A stretch of DNA of 63,170 nucleotides from an uncultured virus (IMG/VR IMGVR_UViG_3300042400_001601) (Duplodnaviria; Heunggongvirae; Uroviricota; Caudoviricetes). The notes beneath the pieces are model-generated. The model searched no databases and was not told the origin of the DNA. It saw only the letters and a list, made by a program, of their open reading frames with translations. How positions within the stretch are numbered: position 1 is the first letter of the stretch; each line of letters begins with the position of its first letter. Shown piece by piece: positions 25,681-35,454 of this stretch. The stretch lies in IMG/VR virus record IMGVR_UViG_3300042400_001601. One strand, 5' to 3'. Both the position numbers and the translations under genes were made by a program.

Positions 25681-25713
25681 AAAAACATTTAGATTTCAAC
25701 CCCTGTTTGTCAA

Positions 25714-26634
25714 CTATCCGTTTAAATTAAACTGAGATTCGGTAAAGCTACCTATAGTGCTTTTAGCAGGCATTTCACTATTAGATTGTTGGTTTTCTTG
25801 CAAGTATAAAGACCAGTATAAGTACAACTCCGCTGGTGCTAATTTATCTAAATAATCTCCTTGAAAGTTTAATTTTGAAATTAAATTGTAGTTAAGTTTA
25901 TAAAAATTATTCAAATCATCAGTAAAGAGTAATTTATTAATATGCAAAAGAGTACGAATATCTGTTGAGAGTGGTATGTCGACTGCCGGGATCTTACTGA
26001 ACGGAGATTCTATATAAAGCAATTTATTTCGAGTTAAAGTTAGTTCAGTATCGTAAAGGTTTTTAATAATTTTATTGTTAATATCAGCTGGTAAATTTTC
26101 AATTAATTTGCAACGTTCTTCGAAATTAATCTCGTTAAATTTTAAAATCTTACCCTCAACATTTATTTGATCCACGCTTGATGCTAACTGGTATATATAC
26201 AAATTTTCAATATTCTCAGTTAGAAAATACTTTTCGTCTCTTGCTTTTACTATAGAATGGTTAACCTCTATATTCTTATAGGTTGTAGTGTTAGTATATT
26301 GTATTTCGCTAAGCTTATCAAAAATAGTATCGAGTTTAATTGTATACTGAAATTCTTTACTAGTTTCCTTACAAACGGCATTAACCTTTAAGTCCGGATT
26401 AATGCTTACTGCCCGGGCATTTACTAATAATATAAGCTTATCAATAATATTAAGTCCTTCCTGAAGTATCCCAGGTACTATTTGTTCAACTACGTAGTTT
26501 GAATGTTGTATAAAAGAAGAACTGTCATTGTTATAAAGGGATTTAATTAAATCTTTATAGTCTTTTGAGTTTATTTCTTTTGCCCAGACTAATTTATTAA
26601 ATCCAGGTAATTTAACACTATAAGTAAATCCCAT
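25714..26634 (-). CDS. Baseplate hub assembly protein (gp26/gp51-like)
   Basis: LNIIDKLILLVNARAVSI, C-terminal FYKLNYNLI...L.PAE. Confidence 0.55.
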   Translation of the reverse strand: MGFTYSVKLPGFNKLVWAKEINSKDYKDLIKSLYNNDSSSFIQHSNYVVEQIVPGILQEGLNIIDKLILLVNARAVSINPDLKVNAVCKETSKEFQYTIKLDTIFDKLSEIQYTNTTTYKNIEVNHSIVKARDEKYFLTENIENLYIYQLASSVDQINVEGKILKFNEINFEERCKLIENLPADINNKIIKNLYDTELTLTRNKLLYIESPFSKIPAVDIPLSTDIRTLLHINKLLFTDDLNNFYKLNYNLISKLNFQGDYLDKLAPAELYLYWSLYLQENQQSNSEMPAKSTIGSFTESQFNLNG

Positions 26635-26690
26635 TTAATTTATTTATTACCAAATAAAAAAACCTCTACTATCCGATAGACTGTCTTATA

Positions 26691-27392
26691 TTAAAGCGAC
26701 TTAATTGTATAGTAATTATACGCCCATTCAGTAGCTACGGTTTTAGTATCAGCCCGTCCCCATGTAAGGGTTTCTGCGTCAAAAGAAGTAGGGGCGCAAT
26801 CAAAAAAAGTATATACTTTACGCAAAATTTCTCTTTTGTTAGCGCGACTGTTATACATCGCAACAGTTATATTAGTTTTAATATTATAATTTGAATTTTG
26901 ATTACGGGCAAATAACCCATAATGGGAAACAGCAACAACCCATGGTCTTAAAACTGTATCAATAAAAGAGTCAGTTGTTTCTAAAAAAGTTACACGAAGC
27001 GGTCCTTTACTCGCACGAGCTGTACTTACTACCCCAGACATTATACCGCCTGCTAGGTCTCCAAACTCTTCCGCAAGCCCCACTCTTTTAGAGCCAAGAG
27101 ATTCATTAGGTAAAGTAATTCCATTAGCAAAAAAACATTTCTTATTGTAGGTTTGTCCTTCTAATTGCCCTGTTAGTTTTGCACCTGTGTTAGTTATTGT
27201 CCATTTATTAGGCTCAAATTGAGAAATTTGTTCATCGGTAAATGCCTTTAAACCGTTAGGAAATGAATCAATTGAGATTATAAAATTTGAATTTACCGGT
27301 ATGCTAGTACTTGGATCAGACAAAAATTGCTGAAATAGGGACAAATCAGACTCAGGAGAATCTGGATTGGCTTTAGGTCCGAGTATTTGCAT
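26691..27392 (-). CDS. Tail tube initiator-like (gp54-like) protein
   Basis: Tube fold: GITLPNE, LRVTFLET, YTFFDCAPT, WAYNYY. Confidence 0.55.
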   Translation of the reverse strand: MQILGPKANPDSPESDLSLFQQFLSDPSTSIPVNSNFIISIDSFPNGLKAFTDEQISQFEPNKWTITNTGAKLTGQLEGQTYNKKCFFANGITLPNESLGSKRVGLAEEFGDLAGGIMSGVVSTARASKGPLRVTFLETTDSFIDTVLRPWVVAVSHYGLFARNQNSNYNIKTNITVAMYNSRANKREILRKVYTFFDCAPTSFDAETLTWGRADTKTVATEWAYNYYTIKSL

Positions 27393-27423
27393 ATATTTGT
27401 ATTAATCTTTTTAAAACTAGTTT

Positions 27424-28194
27424 TTAAGGCCCACGGCCACGTAAATTTGCTAATTCGTTTAACGATTCGCTAAGTTGCTCTACAGCATTTAAAATTGGCT
27501 GAGTTCTAGCTATTTCTCGCTCTATACGTTGTCTAGCTCTACCCTGCAAATCATCTAGTACTTTATCTCCTGTACTCTCCTCAGGAAGCCCTTCTACCCC
27601 TTGGGTTAATTCTCGAGTGCTTGTTAGTCCACGTGCTACGCCTACACCATTACCTACTTTTTCTGAAACCCAATATTGATAAGCTATATTGGCTGTTACG
27701 TCTTGTACTGCCCCGGATCCTGTCATATTAAAGTTTATAGGTCCGACGTTTGTCACGAAACAACCTAATAAATTATAAGTTATTATTGGGTTTAATTTGT
27801 CGTCGAGTAAAGCTAGAGTAATTTTATATTTTTGTAAATCTCGAGGCCTTAAAAACCCTGCAGATGTTTCTTGATCGAAAGTGTCCTCCATGGACTTTTC
27901 AAAAAGTTTTCTAAGATTATAATCTTGCGAACAATAAAAAGTCGCGGTCCAATTACTAGAACTATCGAACATTACATCTCCGGGTATATTAAAATTTAAC
28001 CCCATAAAAGCAGCATTTTGCACGGCAATACTCTTACCGGGCAACGTTGCAGTTTTAAGAAATACTAAATCCTTTTCTTCAATTTGATCTATACCGTTTA
28101 CAATAAAACTTATTATTCTCAATTGATAATCTCTTGCAAAATTACGGGTACTGGCTTGCTGGTAAAAGTCTTGTATTGTCTGATTAATTGCCAT
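27424..28194 (-). CDS. Tail tube protein paralog (gp19-like)
   Basis: TIQDFYQQA..RNFARD, TATLPG, WTATFYC, YNLLGCF..NVG, IAYQYW. Confidence 0.75.
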   Translation of the reverse strand: MAINQTIQDFYQQASTRNFARDYQLRIISFIVNGIDQIEEKDLVFLKTATLPGKSIAVQNAAFMGLNFNIPGDVMFDSSSNWTATFYCSQDYNLRKLFEKSMEDTFDQETSAGFLRPRDLQKYKITLALLDDKLNPIITYNLLGCFVTNVGPINFNMTGSGAVQDVTANIAYQYWVSEKVGNGVGVARGLTSTRELTQGVEGLPEESTGDKVLDDLQGRARQRIEREIARTQPILNAVEQLSESLNELANLRGRGP

Positions 28195-28216
28195 GTTCTA
28201 TAATACTTATTAACGA

Positions 28217-28750
28217 TTATATTGTATTGTCTGAAATAACGTATTGAAAGGCTAGATTGACAGAGCAGGTTGCTAATTCGCCCCCGTTTCCGACTGAAAA
28301 ACCCATAGAGCCAATTCCAACAGGGTAACATCCAACTAATTTGTAATTTCTTATTTCTTTTAAATAACTATCAAGCAATACAAATTCTATATCTGATAGA
28401 GAAGTAGTATTAATATGTTTATGCTCGTCAAATGTTTGACGACTCCAAGATTCTAATATATCTCTTAAAACAAATTGAGAATCACAATAAAACGTTACTG
28501 ACCAGCTAGTACTCTCAGGGTAACTAGAAGTCATAGGTACGTTAAAATCAAATGCCTTAAAACTTACTGAAGAGTAAGAAATATTACGGGAAGGTATAGT
28601 ACCGCCTTGAGCGTATATTAATAAGTCACTATTATTTTCATTAAATACCCCGGTAATGTTTTTTATACGAAAAGTATTAGTACGAGCAAAACTACGTGTT
28701 ACTGCCGTCTGGTAAAAATCTTTTATTCCGTATCCTTGGGGTGGGGCCAT
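28217..28750 (-). CDS. Tail tube protein paralog (gp19-like)
   Basis: IKDFYQTAVTRSFAR, WSVTFYCD, YKLVGCYP, LAFQY. Confidence 0.75.
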   Translation of the reverse strand: MAPPQGYGIKDFYQTAVTRSFARTNTFRIKNITGVFNENNSDLLIYAQGGTIPSRNISYSSVSFKAFDFNVPMTSSYPESTSWSVTFYCDSQFVLRDILESWSRQTFDEHKHINTTSLSDIEFVLLDSYLKEIRNYKLVGCYPVGIGSMGFSVGNGGELATCSVNLAFQYVISDNTI

Positions 28751-28775
28751 TTAATATACTTAATACTTGAACAAT

Positions 28776-28803
28776 AAAAAAGCCTCACTTTCGCGAGGCT
28801 TTT
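28776..28803 (-). terminator. Rho-independent terminator after the major tube gene
   Basis: Minus strand reads AGCCTCGC-GAAA-GTGAGGCT-TTTTT. Confidence 0.85.
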
Positions 28804-28836
28804 GTTGCAAACTATAATTTAAAGCACTACAGACTA

Positions 28837-29409
28837 TTAAAGCTGTATTCCAATATTAACCTGAAGAGACGACTGTGTTACGAAGTTAACGTGTCTCCAG
28901 TAATGGTAAGCTAACGTTGCAGAGAAGGTAGTAGGAGCCCCTGCACCGGTGGCGTCATAACCTTCAATAGCACCTAAGCCTACAATATAAACACCAAATA
29001 GTCTATAAACGTTGACTACATTTTGTTTATCATCAAGCTGCTCTAGTTGAATAACTTTATCAGTACCACGTGTGTAAAGATCGCCTGTACTGGTTGCGTC
29101 ATCAAACACTCCGTTAATTTGCCAATTTTCTAATTTACTGCGAATAATGCCTCTTAAGTCATTACGGAACGTGACGCTCCAACTTTCAGACCCCGGGTAC
29201 GTAACAGTACCAGGGGTGTTGAAGTTTAGACCCATATAAGGCACGGCTTGATTGGTGATCTGACGGTTCGGAAGCTGTTTTGTAGTTATATATACAAAAT
29301 CATTTTCGTTGAACGTGTCTTCTCCTATAGAGGTAACACGCATCATAAAGTCACGTGAAAAACCTCTGGTCTGTGCTACTCTGTAGAAATCTTGAATTGT
29401 TTGTGACAT
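28837..29409 (-). CDS. Major tail tube protein (gp19-like)
   Basis: Directly follows the sheath gene; VPYMG, WSVTFRND, IRSKLENW, LAYHYW. Confidence 0.85.
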   Translation of the reverse strand: MSQTIQDFYRVAQTRGFSRDFMMRVTSIGEDTFNENDFVYITTKQLPNRQITNQAVPYMGLNFNTPGTVTYPGSESWSVTFRNDLRGIIRSKLENWQINGVFDDATSTGDLYTRGTDKVIQLEQLDDKQNVVNVYRLFGVYIVGLGAIEGYDATGAGAPTTFSATLAYHYWRHVNFVTQSSLQVNIGIQL

Positions 29410-29430
29410 ATTGTTTAAATACTTAGGTTA

Positions 29431-31815
29431 TTAAGCTTGTAAAAGCTCGTTAAAGTCTTGAGAAGTTTTGGTTGCATAGAAATTTACTAAGATAAACTCA
29501 GCAGTACGTACTGGTTTAATATAAATGTCGACCACCATTGTGTTATCGTCAATTACATTAGCAGTATTGTTTGTTTCATTGCATACAATGAGATAATCGT
29601 AAAGACCTTGTGTATTTTTAGCTGTTTCAAAGAGAGGGGACAGAGTATTTACCGTGCGACTACGTGTGAATGTAGTGTTAGGTTCGAATACAAAGTATCT
29701 CATTGTGCGTAGGGTAGCCTTTTCCAGATAAAGGAATAGACGGCGTACGTTAATGCGATCAAATGCACTCGGAGCTTTTAGTAAGGTCTTTTGACCGAAT
29801 ACTGTATAGCCTTCGTTAGGGAAGAACACTACAGGATTTAGAGAGATCTTATAAAGCAAGTCACGCTGTTTCTGCTGCGGGTTAACACCTAGATCAGTTA
29901 AGCCGTTAATAACGCCACGAGTTAGACCAGCTGGTGCAACCCATGGGTATGATAGAGCGTCACTAGCTGTCATCATTGCTGCAGCATAACCAGAGAACGG
30001 TACCCATACATTCTTTGAAGTAAAGATATCGTTAATCTTGGCCCAGTTTGCATAAGCTGTAGCATAGCTTGTATTGTATGCTGTATAGCTATTGCGTAAT
30101 GGCCAATATATGTTTTGGGAGAAGTTCTTTGACTTATCGTCAAGGGTCTTATAATTTTCCCCGGTAACGAAAATCTGACGTAGTGGGTCAGAAATGAATA
30201 AGCAATCCTTACGACGGTTTCTTGTAAAGCTTTCAAACTGAGCGGTAATAGTATTCCAGTTATCAAGTAATACACTTGTTGTTACTGGGTTACCGTTCGA
30301 AGCTGTAAGAGCGTTAACGTAACTTTGTAGGGTAGCACTTACAACTGTATCGTCGAAGTCTGCTGTGCCCGCTGCAACTGTTGTTGCAGCAATTGTTGAA
30401 AGACCGCCGTCGACTACTAGATCAATGTCAACTACATCAGTATTTTCAGCTAGATTAAGAACGTAATCAAGCTTTGTGCTTACAGTACCAATAACTTTAT
30501 TTTGATTGGTTGGTAGAGTTTCTGCATAGGTACCAACTGCATATAGGTTATTAGCTGGTTTAAAGGAGCCTACGGTGAGATAAGCAGAAGCTTGAGTATA
30601 GAATGTGTAGTCCGGATCTGCGCTAGTAGAATTAGTAATAGTAGAGATTGTTGTATCCTTAAAGACTCTTACTCTCTTTGTTGAATTACCATTTGCATCC
30701 AGCCATACAGTCTTATCAGAAATGTTTGGATTTACTAATACTTGCAGATTGTTTGAATTGTCATTTGTAGCGGTCTGCAAGAAGAATGAAATTGGCTGAC
30801 CACCTTGTTGATCCTGTACAGTGCGTTGACTATAAAGAGATCCGGTATAACCTTCCTGTAGAACATACTGTAAAGTAGTAGTAGTTGGTGAGAAAGGAGA
30901 AGGACGTACACGGAAAAGTGATAAGATTAATGTATCACTATAACCTGATGCTGCGATATTGAATGTAGGAAGATCTTCAACGTCTTTGGATAAGCTGTTA
31001 ATATTTGAAGTATATGTAGCGCTTAACGAGAAACCAATACGGTTATCAGGTATAAAAGTATAATTTTGATTAGAAGCTAAAGCATTGTCTGAGAAGTAGT
31101 TTGAGCCTACTGACCAAATATGGCCTGCATCATCATAGTCGGTAGCAGGGTTATTACTGTAACTATCTCCAATATTGAGGTAGTAACCTTCAAACTTTTC
31201 GTTAATAGTGGTCTTGGCTTTGTTAAGTACGATTAAACCTGCAGCACTTAAGGAGTTTAATGCTCCGTTACCGGAAACAATAAAACTACTTAAACCAACG
31301 TTACCGGTAGTTGCCTTCCAGGTAAAATTACCCTGGGCAATACTTTGATATTGGGTTTCGGTAAGCTTTACCAGGGCAGGCTCTCCGAAATAGTAACCTT
31401 GAGCAGAGCTTAATGGAACAGTACCCGCTACTGCACCGGAAGCAGGGTAGGTCGAAATTTCACTAGCAGCAGGAACTGCAACTACTGGATAAGCAAGAGC
31501 GCTGTATTCGCTAGCTGTACCTTCGCCACCTGCGGCGCCGTAAGGCAAGCGGGCGACTTTTACAGTAGGATTGCCACCGTTAGTAAGAAGCTGTCTTACT
31601 GTGTAATAAAAATAGCGTTCAGCCGCATTGGTTGGTGTGCCGTAGATTTGTTCGAAATCTGTAAGAGAGGTGAGCTCAACAATCTCATAAGTAGGGCCCT
31701 GAGGGGCAAAACCTGTGATAAGCACATTTGTGCCGGCTGGTGTAATTGCTCTTGTAGAAAGATCGATTTCACGAACTTCTACACCTGGGGAATTAATAGT
31801 GCGTACGTTTGCCAT
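29431..31815 (-). CDS. Tail sheath protein (gp18)
   Basis: SPGVEVREIDLS, WVAPAGLTRG, FGQKTL...SAFDRINVRRLF, FVFEPN, IYIKPVRTAEFI. Confidence 0.96.
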   Translation of the reverse strand: MANVRTINSPGVEVREIDLSTRAITPAGTNVLITGFAPQGPTYEIVELTSLTDFEQIYGTPTNAAERYFYYTVRQLLTNGGNPTVKVARLPYGAAGGEGTASEYSALAYPVVAVPAASEISTYPASGAVAGTVPLSSAQGYYFGEPALVKLTETQYQSIAQGNFTWKATTGNVGLSSFIVSGNGALNSLSAAGLIVLNKAKTTINEKFEGYYLNIGDSYSNNPATDYDDAGHIWSVGSNYFSDNALASNQNYTFIPDNRIGFSLSATYTSNINSLSKDVEDLPTFNIAASGYSDTLILSLFRVRPSPFSPTTTTLQYVLQEGYTGSLYSQRTVQDQQGGQPISFFLQTATNDNSNNLQVLVNPNISDKTVWLDANGNSTKRVRVFKDTTISTITNSTSADPDYTFYTQASAYLTVGSFKPANNLYAVGTYAETLPTNQNKVIGTVSTKLDYVLNLAENTDVVDIDLVVDGGLSTIAATTVAAGTADFDDTVVSATLQSYVNALTASNGNPVTTSVLLDNWNTITAQFESFTRNRRKDCLFISDPLRQIFVTGENYKTLDDKSKNFSQNIYWPLRNSYTAYNTSYATAYANWAKINDIFTSKNVWVPFSGYAAAMMTASDALSYPWVAPAGLTRGVINGLTDLGVNPQQKQRDLLYKISLNPVVFFPNEGYTVFGQKTLLKAPSAFDRINVRRLFLYLEKATLRTMRYFVFEPNTTFTRSRTVNTLSPLFETAKNTQGLYDYLIVCNETNNTANVIDDNTMVVDIYIKPVRTAEFILVNFYATKTSQDFNELLQA

Positions 31816-31865
31816 AGTAGGTAATACTATTATTTACTATTTTTAGACTTGATTTTTGCTTTTTT

Positions 31866-32444
31866 TTATAACAATTTGACATCTAGCTGCCCAAAAACAA
31901 ACGTAAAAGAAGATTCAATTTGTTCCCCGTCTCTATAGCTATAGCCGATTTCCCCTAAACCTGTGATAAACGCCCCGGAGTAATCAAATTGTATTTTTTT
32001 ATTATTATACTCGTCCAATCCGTATACTGTTATATTGGTTTTATAGCTTGTAGTGGTGTTGCCATCTGGATCTGGAATATTGCTAAAATTATATGAACTG
32101 TTTTTACTATCATTAATTAAATTAAGCCATTTCCACAAAACCCACCAATTACTATAATAGTTGTCTATAGTAAAATTAACAGTTACCGCACCATAGGCCG
32201 GTCTTGCATAACTAGTAAATTTAGCGCCTTGTCCGCCGTACGGTGTATCTACTTCTGGTATAGCAATTGTAGGTACAACACTTCCGTAGACTGAATACTG
32301 TAGACTATCTAGATTTAGATAGTCAGTATTTCTATCTCCAGGACTAACTTTATTAATCTCTTTAAGTACGTTCGGTAAATTTAAGACAAGCAGAAACTTG
32401 TCTTTTCTATTTTTATTAAGAATCGATTGCTGAATAGCGCTCAT
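31866..32444 (-). CDS. Tail completion/terminator protein (gp3-like)
   Basis: VPTIAIPEV, VNFTIDNYYSNWWVLWKW, GAFITGLG..YS; adjacent to the sheath gene. Confidence 0.6.
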   Translation of the reverse strand: MSAIQQSILNKNRKDKFLLVLNLPNVLKEINKVSPGDRNTDYLNLDSLQYSVYGSVVPTIAIPEVDTPYGGQGAKFTSYARPAYGAVTVNFTIDNYYSNWWVLWKWLNLINDSKNSSYNFSNIPDPDGNTTTSYKTNITVYGLDEYNNKKIQFDYSGAFITGLGEIGYSYRDGEQIESSFTFVFGQLDVKLL

Positions 32445-34381
32445 TCATTAATTTTATTGGCTCTTTCAATAGGGGTATTTCTTGAAGAAGATTTAAAATT
32501 ATTTATAGCTCTATTAAAAGCACTATAAAATTCATTTACCGGAGTTACGTTTTTCATTGGCCCCTTCGTTCTCGGTGTTTTTGCAGGTACAATTTGACCA
32601 CCCGGGGAAGGTACTAAAGCAGTAGATGGTTCAATAGCAAGTTGCTGTTCCGGCTCTGCTTGTGGCGCTTGTTTTGGTTGTTCCCCGCTAGCATGCTGCA
32701 CAATTGCTTGAGCTTGAGCTTCTGCTTGATTAATTATTTGTACAACCTGTTCTGGGCTTTTTGAAGAAGCAGCTTCTAGCGCTTCTTTAAGACGTGCTTC
32801 AAGTTCTTTTATTTCTCTATTAAGAGCTGCTCTTTCTCTTGCCAATGCTTTTTGGCTAGGGTCATTTCCTTTCACTTTTTGCGCACCGCCACCCCCACCC
32901 CCGCCACCGCCGCCCCCTCCGCCTCCTCCTCCACCACCACCGCCTCCTCCACCGCCTCCGCCTTCAGGTATAGGGTTAGAAGGTGCAGTAACCGTTTGAG
33001 CTGCTGCATTTGCAGTAGCTACAGCTCGATTAAGAACTTGTACAATTTGTCGAGTGTTATTATTTTGAGCAGCTCTACGTGCTTGTTCAAGCATTGTTCT
33101 TAAAGATTGTACTCGTTGGCGGAGTTCTGTTAATTGTTGCTGCGTTATAATCGCGCGTTTTCTGCCATAACCACCTCCGCCGCCTCCACCACCTCCGCCT
33201 CCACCTCCGCCCCCGCCTCCACCGTGTACACTTATATTTATACCACCCGGGCCATAACCACCCGGGCCATAACCACCCGGGCCTGGTCCAGGGCCTGGCG
33301 TCGGGCTGGGTGGGTTGCCGGAATAACCGCCAGATAAACTACCTGTGCCGGTTCCACCACCACCACCCCCACCACCAAATCTATTAAGAGCTGCCTTAAT
33401 TAAAGGCACAACTGCAGTACCTGCGGGCCCAAATGCGATAGCTCCGATAGCAGCCCAAGGACCGTATTTACCTACCCATTTACTTAAACGGCCAAGAGCT
33501 CCGGCTCCTATAGTCTTTACCCCGCTCCAGGTATCTTTTGCTACTTTTTCTAGACCTCTTCCGAGACTTTTTGCGCCACGACCAAGACTTCTAGCTGCGC
33601 TGCTAGCAGCATTTTTTATACCTTGCCAGACACCCTCTTCGTGAGTATTTTCATCAAATAAATAGAGGTCTTGATATGCTTCAAGTAAAACTTTCGGGGA
33701 GTATATTTCATTAACATGCTCTGTAATAATATTTGTGTCTCCATTAGAATCAACAAATTCTTGTAGTTTTCTTATAGAGACTATATCCCCAGTTTCATAA
33801 AAATGTTTTACACATTCATTAATAATAATTTCTTCTATAGTAGTTTCACCAACAGGGGTAGAAGAAGAATATTTTTTTATGATTTGATTAATTGCATTTG
33901 TATCATTAGTACTAGCTGCTTGCTGTAATTCAGCTAAAGCTTTAGGATTTGTTTTAGCAATTTGCTGTACAAGAGTGTCAATTACTGAAGGTAATTCGTT
34001 TTGCGGAATTTGCTGGGCAGCTTGCTGTATAGTTTCAGTGCCTTGTTGAGCTGGCTGCTGACCAGCCTGCTGAGCAGGGGCTGCTTGCTGAGCTTGAGCT
34101 GGAGCTGCTTGTTGAGGTGCTTGCTGTGCTGGTTGCTGGGCAGGGGCTGCTTGTTGGGCTGGTTGTTGAGCTTGAGCCGGAGCTGCTTGCTGGGCAGGCT
34201 GCTGAGCCGGAACTGCTTGTTGAGCTGGTTGGGCAGCAGGAGCAGGAGCACCTGAAGCAACTGGTGCTTCAGTCAGATAACTTTCAACTAAAGAACTAAT
34301 ATAACTATAATTTTGCTCCGCCATCCAGTTTTGGAATCTAGCAAGCTCATATTTCTCTTGAAGAGGGCCCAAGTTTTTCAT
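32441..34381 (-). CDS. Low-complexity Gln/Ala/Pro- and poly-Gly-rich protein, possibly virion-internal
   Basis: QQPAQQA repeats, poly-G tracts, amphipathic/hydrophobic segment; late motif upstream. Confidence 0.7.
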   Translation of the reverse strand: MKNLGPLQEKYELARFQNWMAEQNYSYISSLVESYLTEAPVASGAPAPAAQPAQQAVPAQQPAQQAAPAQAQQPAQQAAPAQQPAQQAPQQAAPAQAQQAAPAQQAGQQPAQQGTETIQQAAQQIPQNELPSVIDTLVQQIAKTNPKALAELQQAASTNDTNAINQIIKKYSSSTPVGETTIEEIIINECVKHFYETGDIVSIRKLQEFVDSNGDTNIITEHVNEIYSPKVLLEAYQDLYLFDENTHEEGVWQGIKNAASSAARSLGRGAKSLGRGLEKVAKDTWSGVKTIGAGALGRLSKWVGKYGPWAAIGAIAFGPAGTAVVPLIKAALNRFGGGGGGGGTGTGSLSGGYSGNPPSPTPGPGPGPGGYGPGGYGPGGINISVHGGGGGGGGGGGGGGGGGGYGRKRAIITQQQLTELRQRVQSLRTMLEQARRAAQNNNTRQIVQVLNRAVATANAAAQTVTAPSNPIPEGGGGGGGGGGGGGGGGGGGGGGGGGGAQKVKGNDPSQKALARERAALNREIKELEARLKEALEAASSKSPEQVVQIINQAEAQAQAIVQHASGEQPKQAPQAEPEQQLAIEPSTALVPSPGGQIVPAKTPRTKGPMKNVTPVNEFYSAFNRAINNFKSSSRNTPIERANKINE

Positions 34382-34384
34382 GTG

Positions 34385-35434
34385 TTAATATTTACGTAAA
34401 TAGTAGCTATTTGTTTGAGAATTAAATCCAATCTCTATGTTGCTTGTACTTAATTTGCGTGGCAGTTTGGATCTATCTAAGTTGTAACGGTTAATTATTT
34501 CTTCTGCCTTTGCATTAGATATAGGTGTTATAGAATTATGTTGTTCTTTCTTTCTATGAATAACATCAATATCATCTCCGAGTTTATGCATTTGCGCGAC
34601 GACCCCTATACTCTTTCTATTTGGATCTGTTAAGCGCCTATCCCAGGATCCCATTTTTCTATGATGCGGTCCGCGTTTTGTCGACATTTTTAAAAAATTC
34701 TTAAACGTGTCAACCATTTCTTTCTGAACACTATCTAGAGAAAGCTCTTGGTCTTTTTTAGCAAGAACCCCTTTTACTAACCTTTCCACGTCTCCGGATC
34801 TTCTAAGCTCTTTAAAAGCTAGATTCTCAGGGGAAAATTCTCCGCCTTTCTCTAAGCCTACCTTACGAAAGTTTAAAAATTTTTCTTTAGCTTTTTCAGC
34901 ACACTCTACATCGCAATCCGGGGTGAGAGCAAAATTAATCATGTCAAGCATTGCCTGTTTTTTCTTATTAACCTGTTCAACATCTATATTTGCTTTCTCT
35001 TTTGTTGGCTTAGGTTCGGTTATCCATTCATTATTCTTTAACGAATATACCCCTGTAGAATGATGTGGCTCGGACATATCCTGCACATATAATTCAACAT
35101 CATACCCTTTAATTGTTATATCTCTAGTTGTATTCCAAACTGTTTTTTTAGCATTGAAATAGTCTTTCAATAATTCTTTATCGGCATTATATGTATCGTA
35201 ATCTGTAATAATATGTAGATCGAAATCACTATATTTGGTATAATTGTAATTAGCTAGCGATCCAGTTAAAGTAATATCCTCTATATCAACATCTACATCT
35301 ATAAATTCTAAGAAAGCTTCTGCTATCTCTAAAAGTTTATCTTTAATTTCTGGCTTAAGAGTTTTGTTTATCCATATTTGTGGATTAAGTTCAGTATGAA
35401 ACTCATAGGTTAAGTCTTTTGCAGACGGCAGCAT
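34385..35434 (-). CDS. Pol-beta-superfamily nucleotidyltransferase
   Basis: LTGSLANYNY..YSDFDLH, GYDVELYVQD, GEFSPENLAFK; start set at MLPSAK. Confidence 0.82.
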   Translation of the reverse strand: MLPSAKDLTYEFHTELNPQIWINKTLKPEIKDKLLEIAEAFLEFIDVDVDIEDITLTGSLANYNYTKYSDFDLHIITDYDTYNADKELLKDYFNAKKTVWNTTRDITIKGYDVELYVQDMSEPHHSTGVYSLKNNEWITEPKPTKEKANIDVEQVNKKKQAMLDMINFALTPDCDVECAEKAKEKFLNFRKVGLEKGGEFSPENLAFKELRRSGDVERLVKGVLAKKDQELSLDSVQKEMVDTFKNFLKMSTKRGPHHRKMGSWDRRLTDPNRKSIGVVAQMHKLGDDIDVIHRKKEQHNSITPISNAKAEEIINRYNLDRSKLPRKLSTSNIEIGFNSQTNSYYLRKY

Positions 35435-35438
35435 AGTA

Positions 35439-35452
35439 AGTAAATATTTACT
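35439..35452. promoter_or_regulatory. Palindromic divergent late-type promoter
   Basis: AGTAAATATTTACT is a perfect palindrome presenting TAAATA on both strands between divergent ATGs at 35434 and 35455. Confidence 0.55.
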
Positions 35453-35454
35453 GA

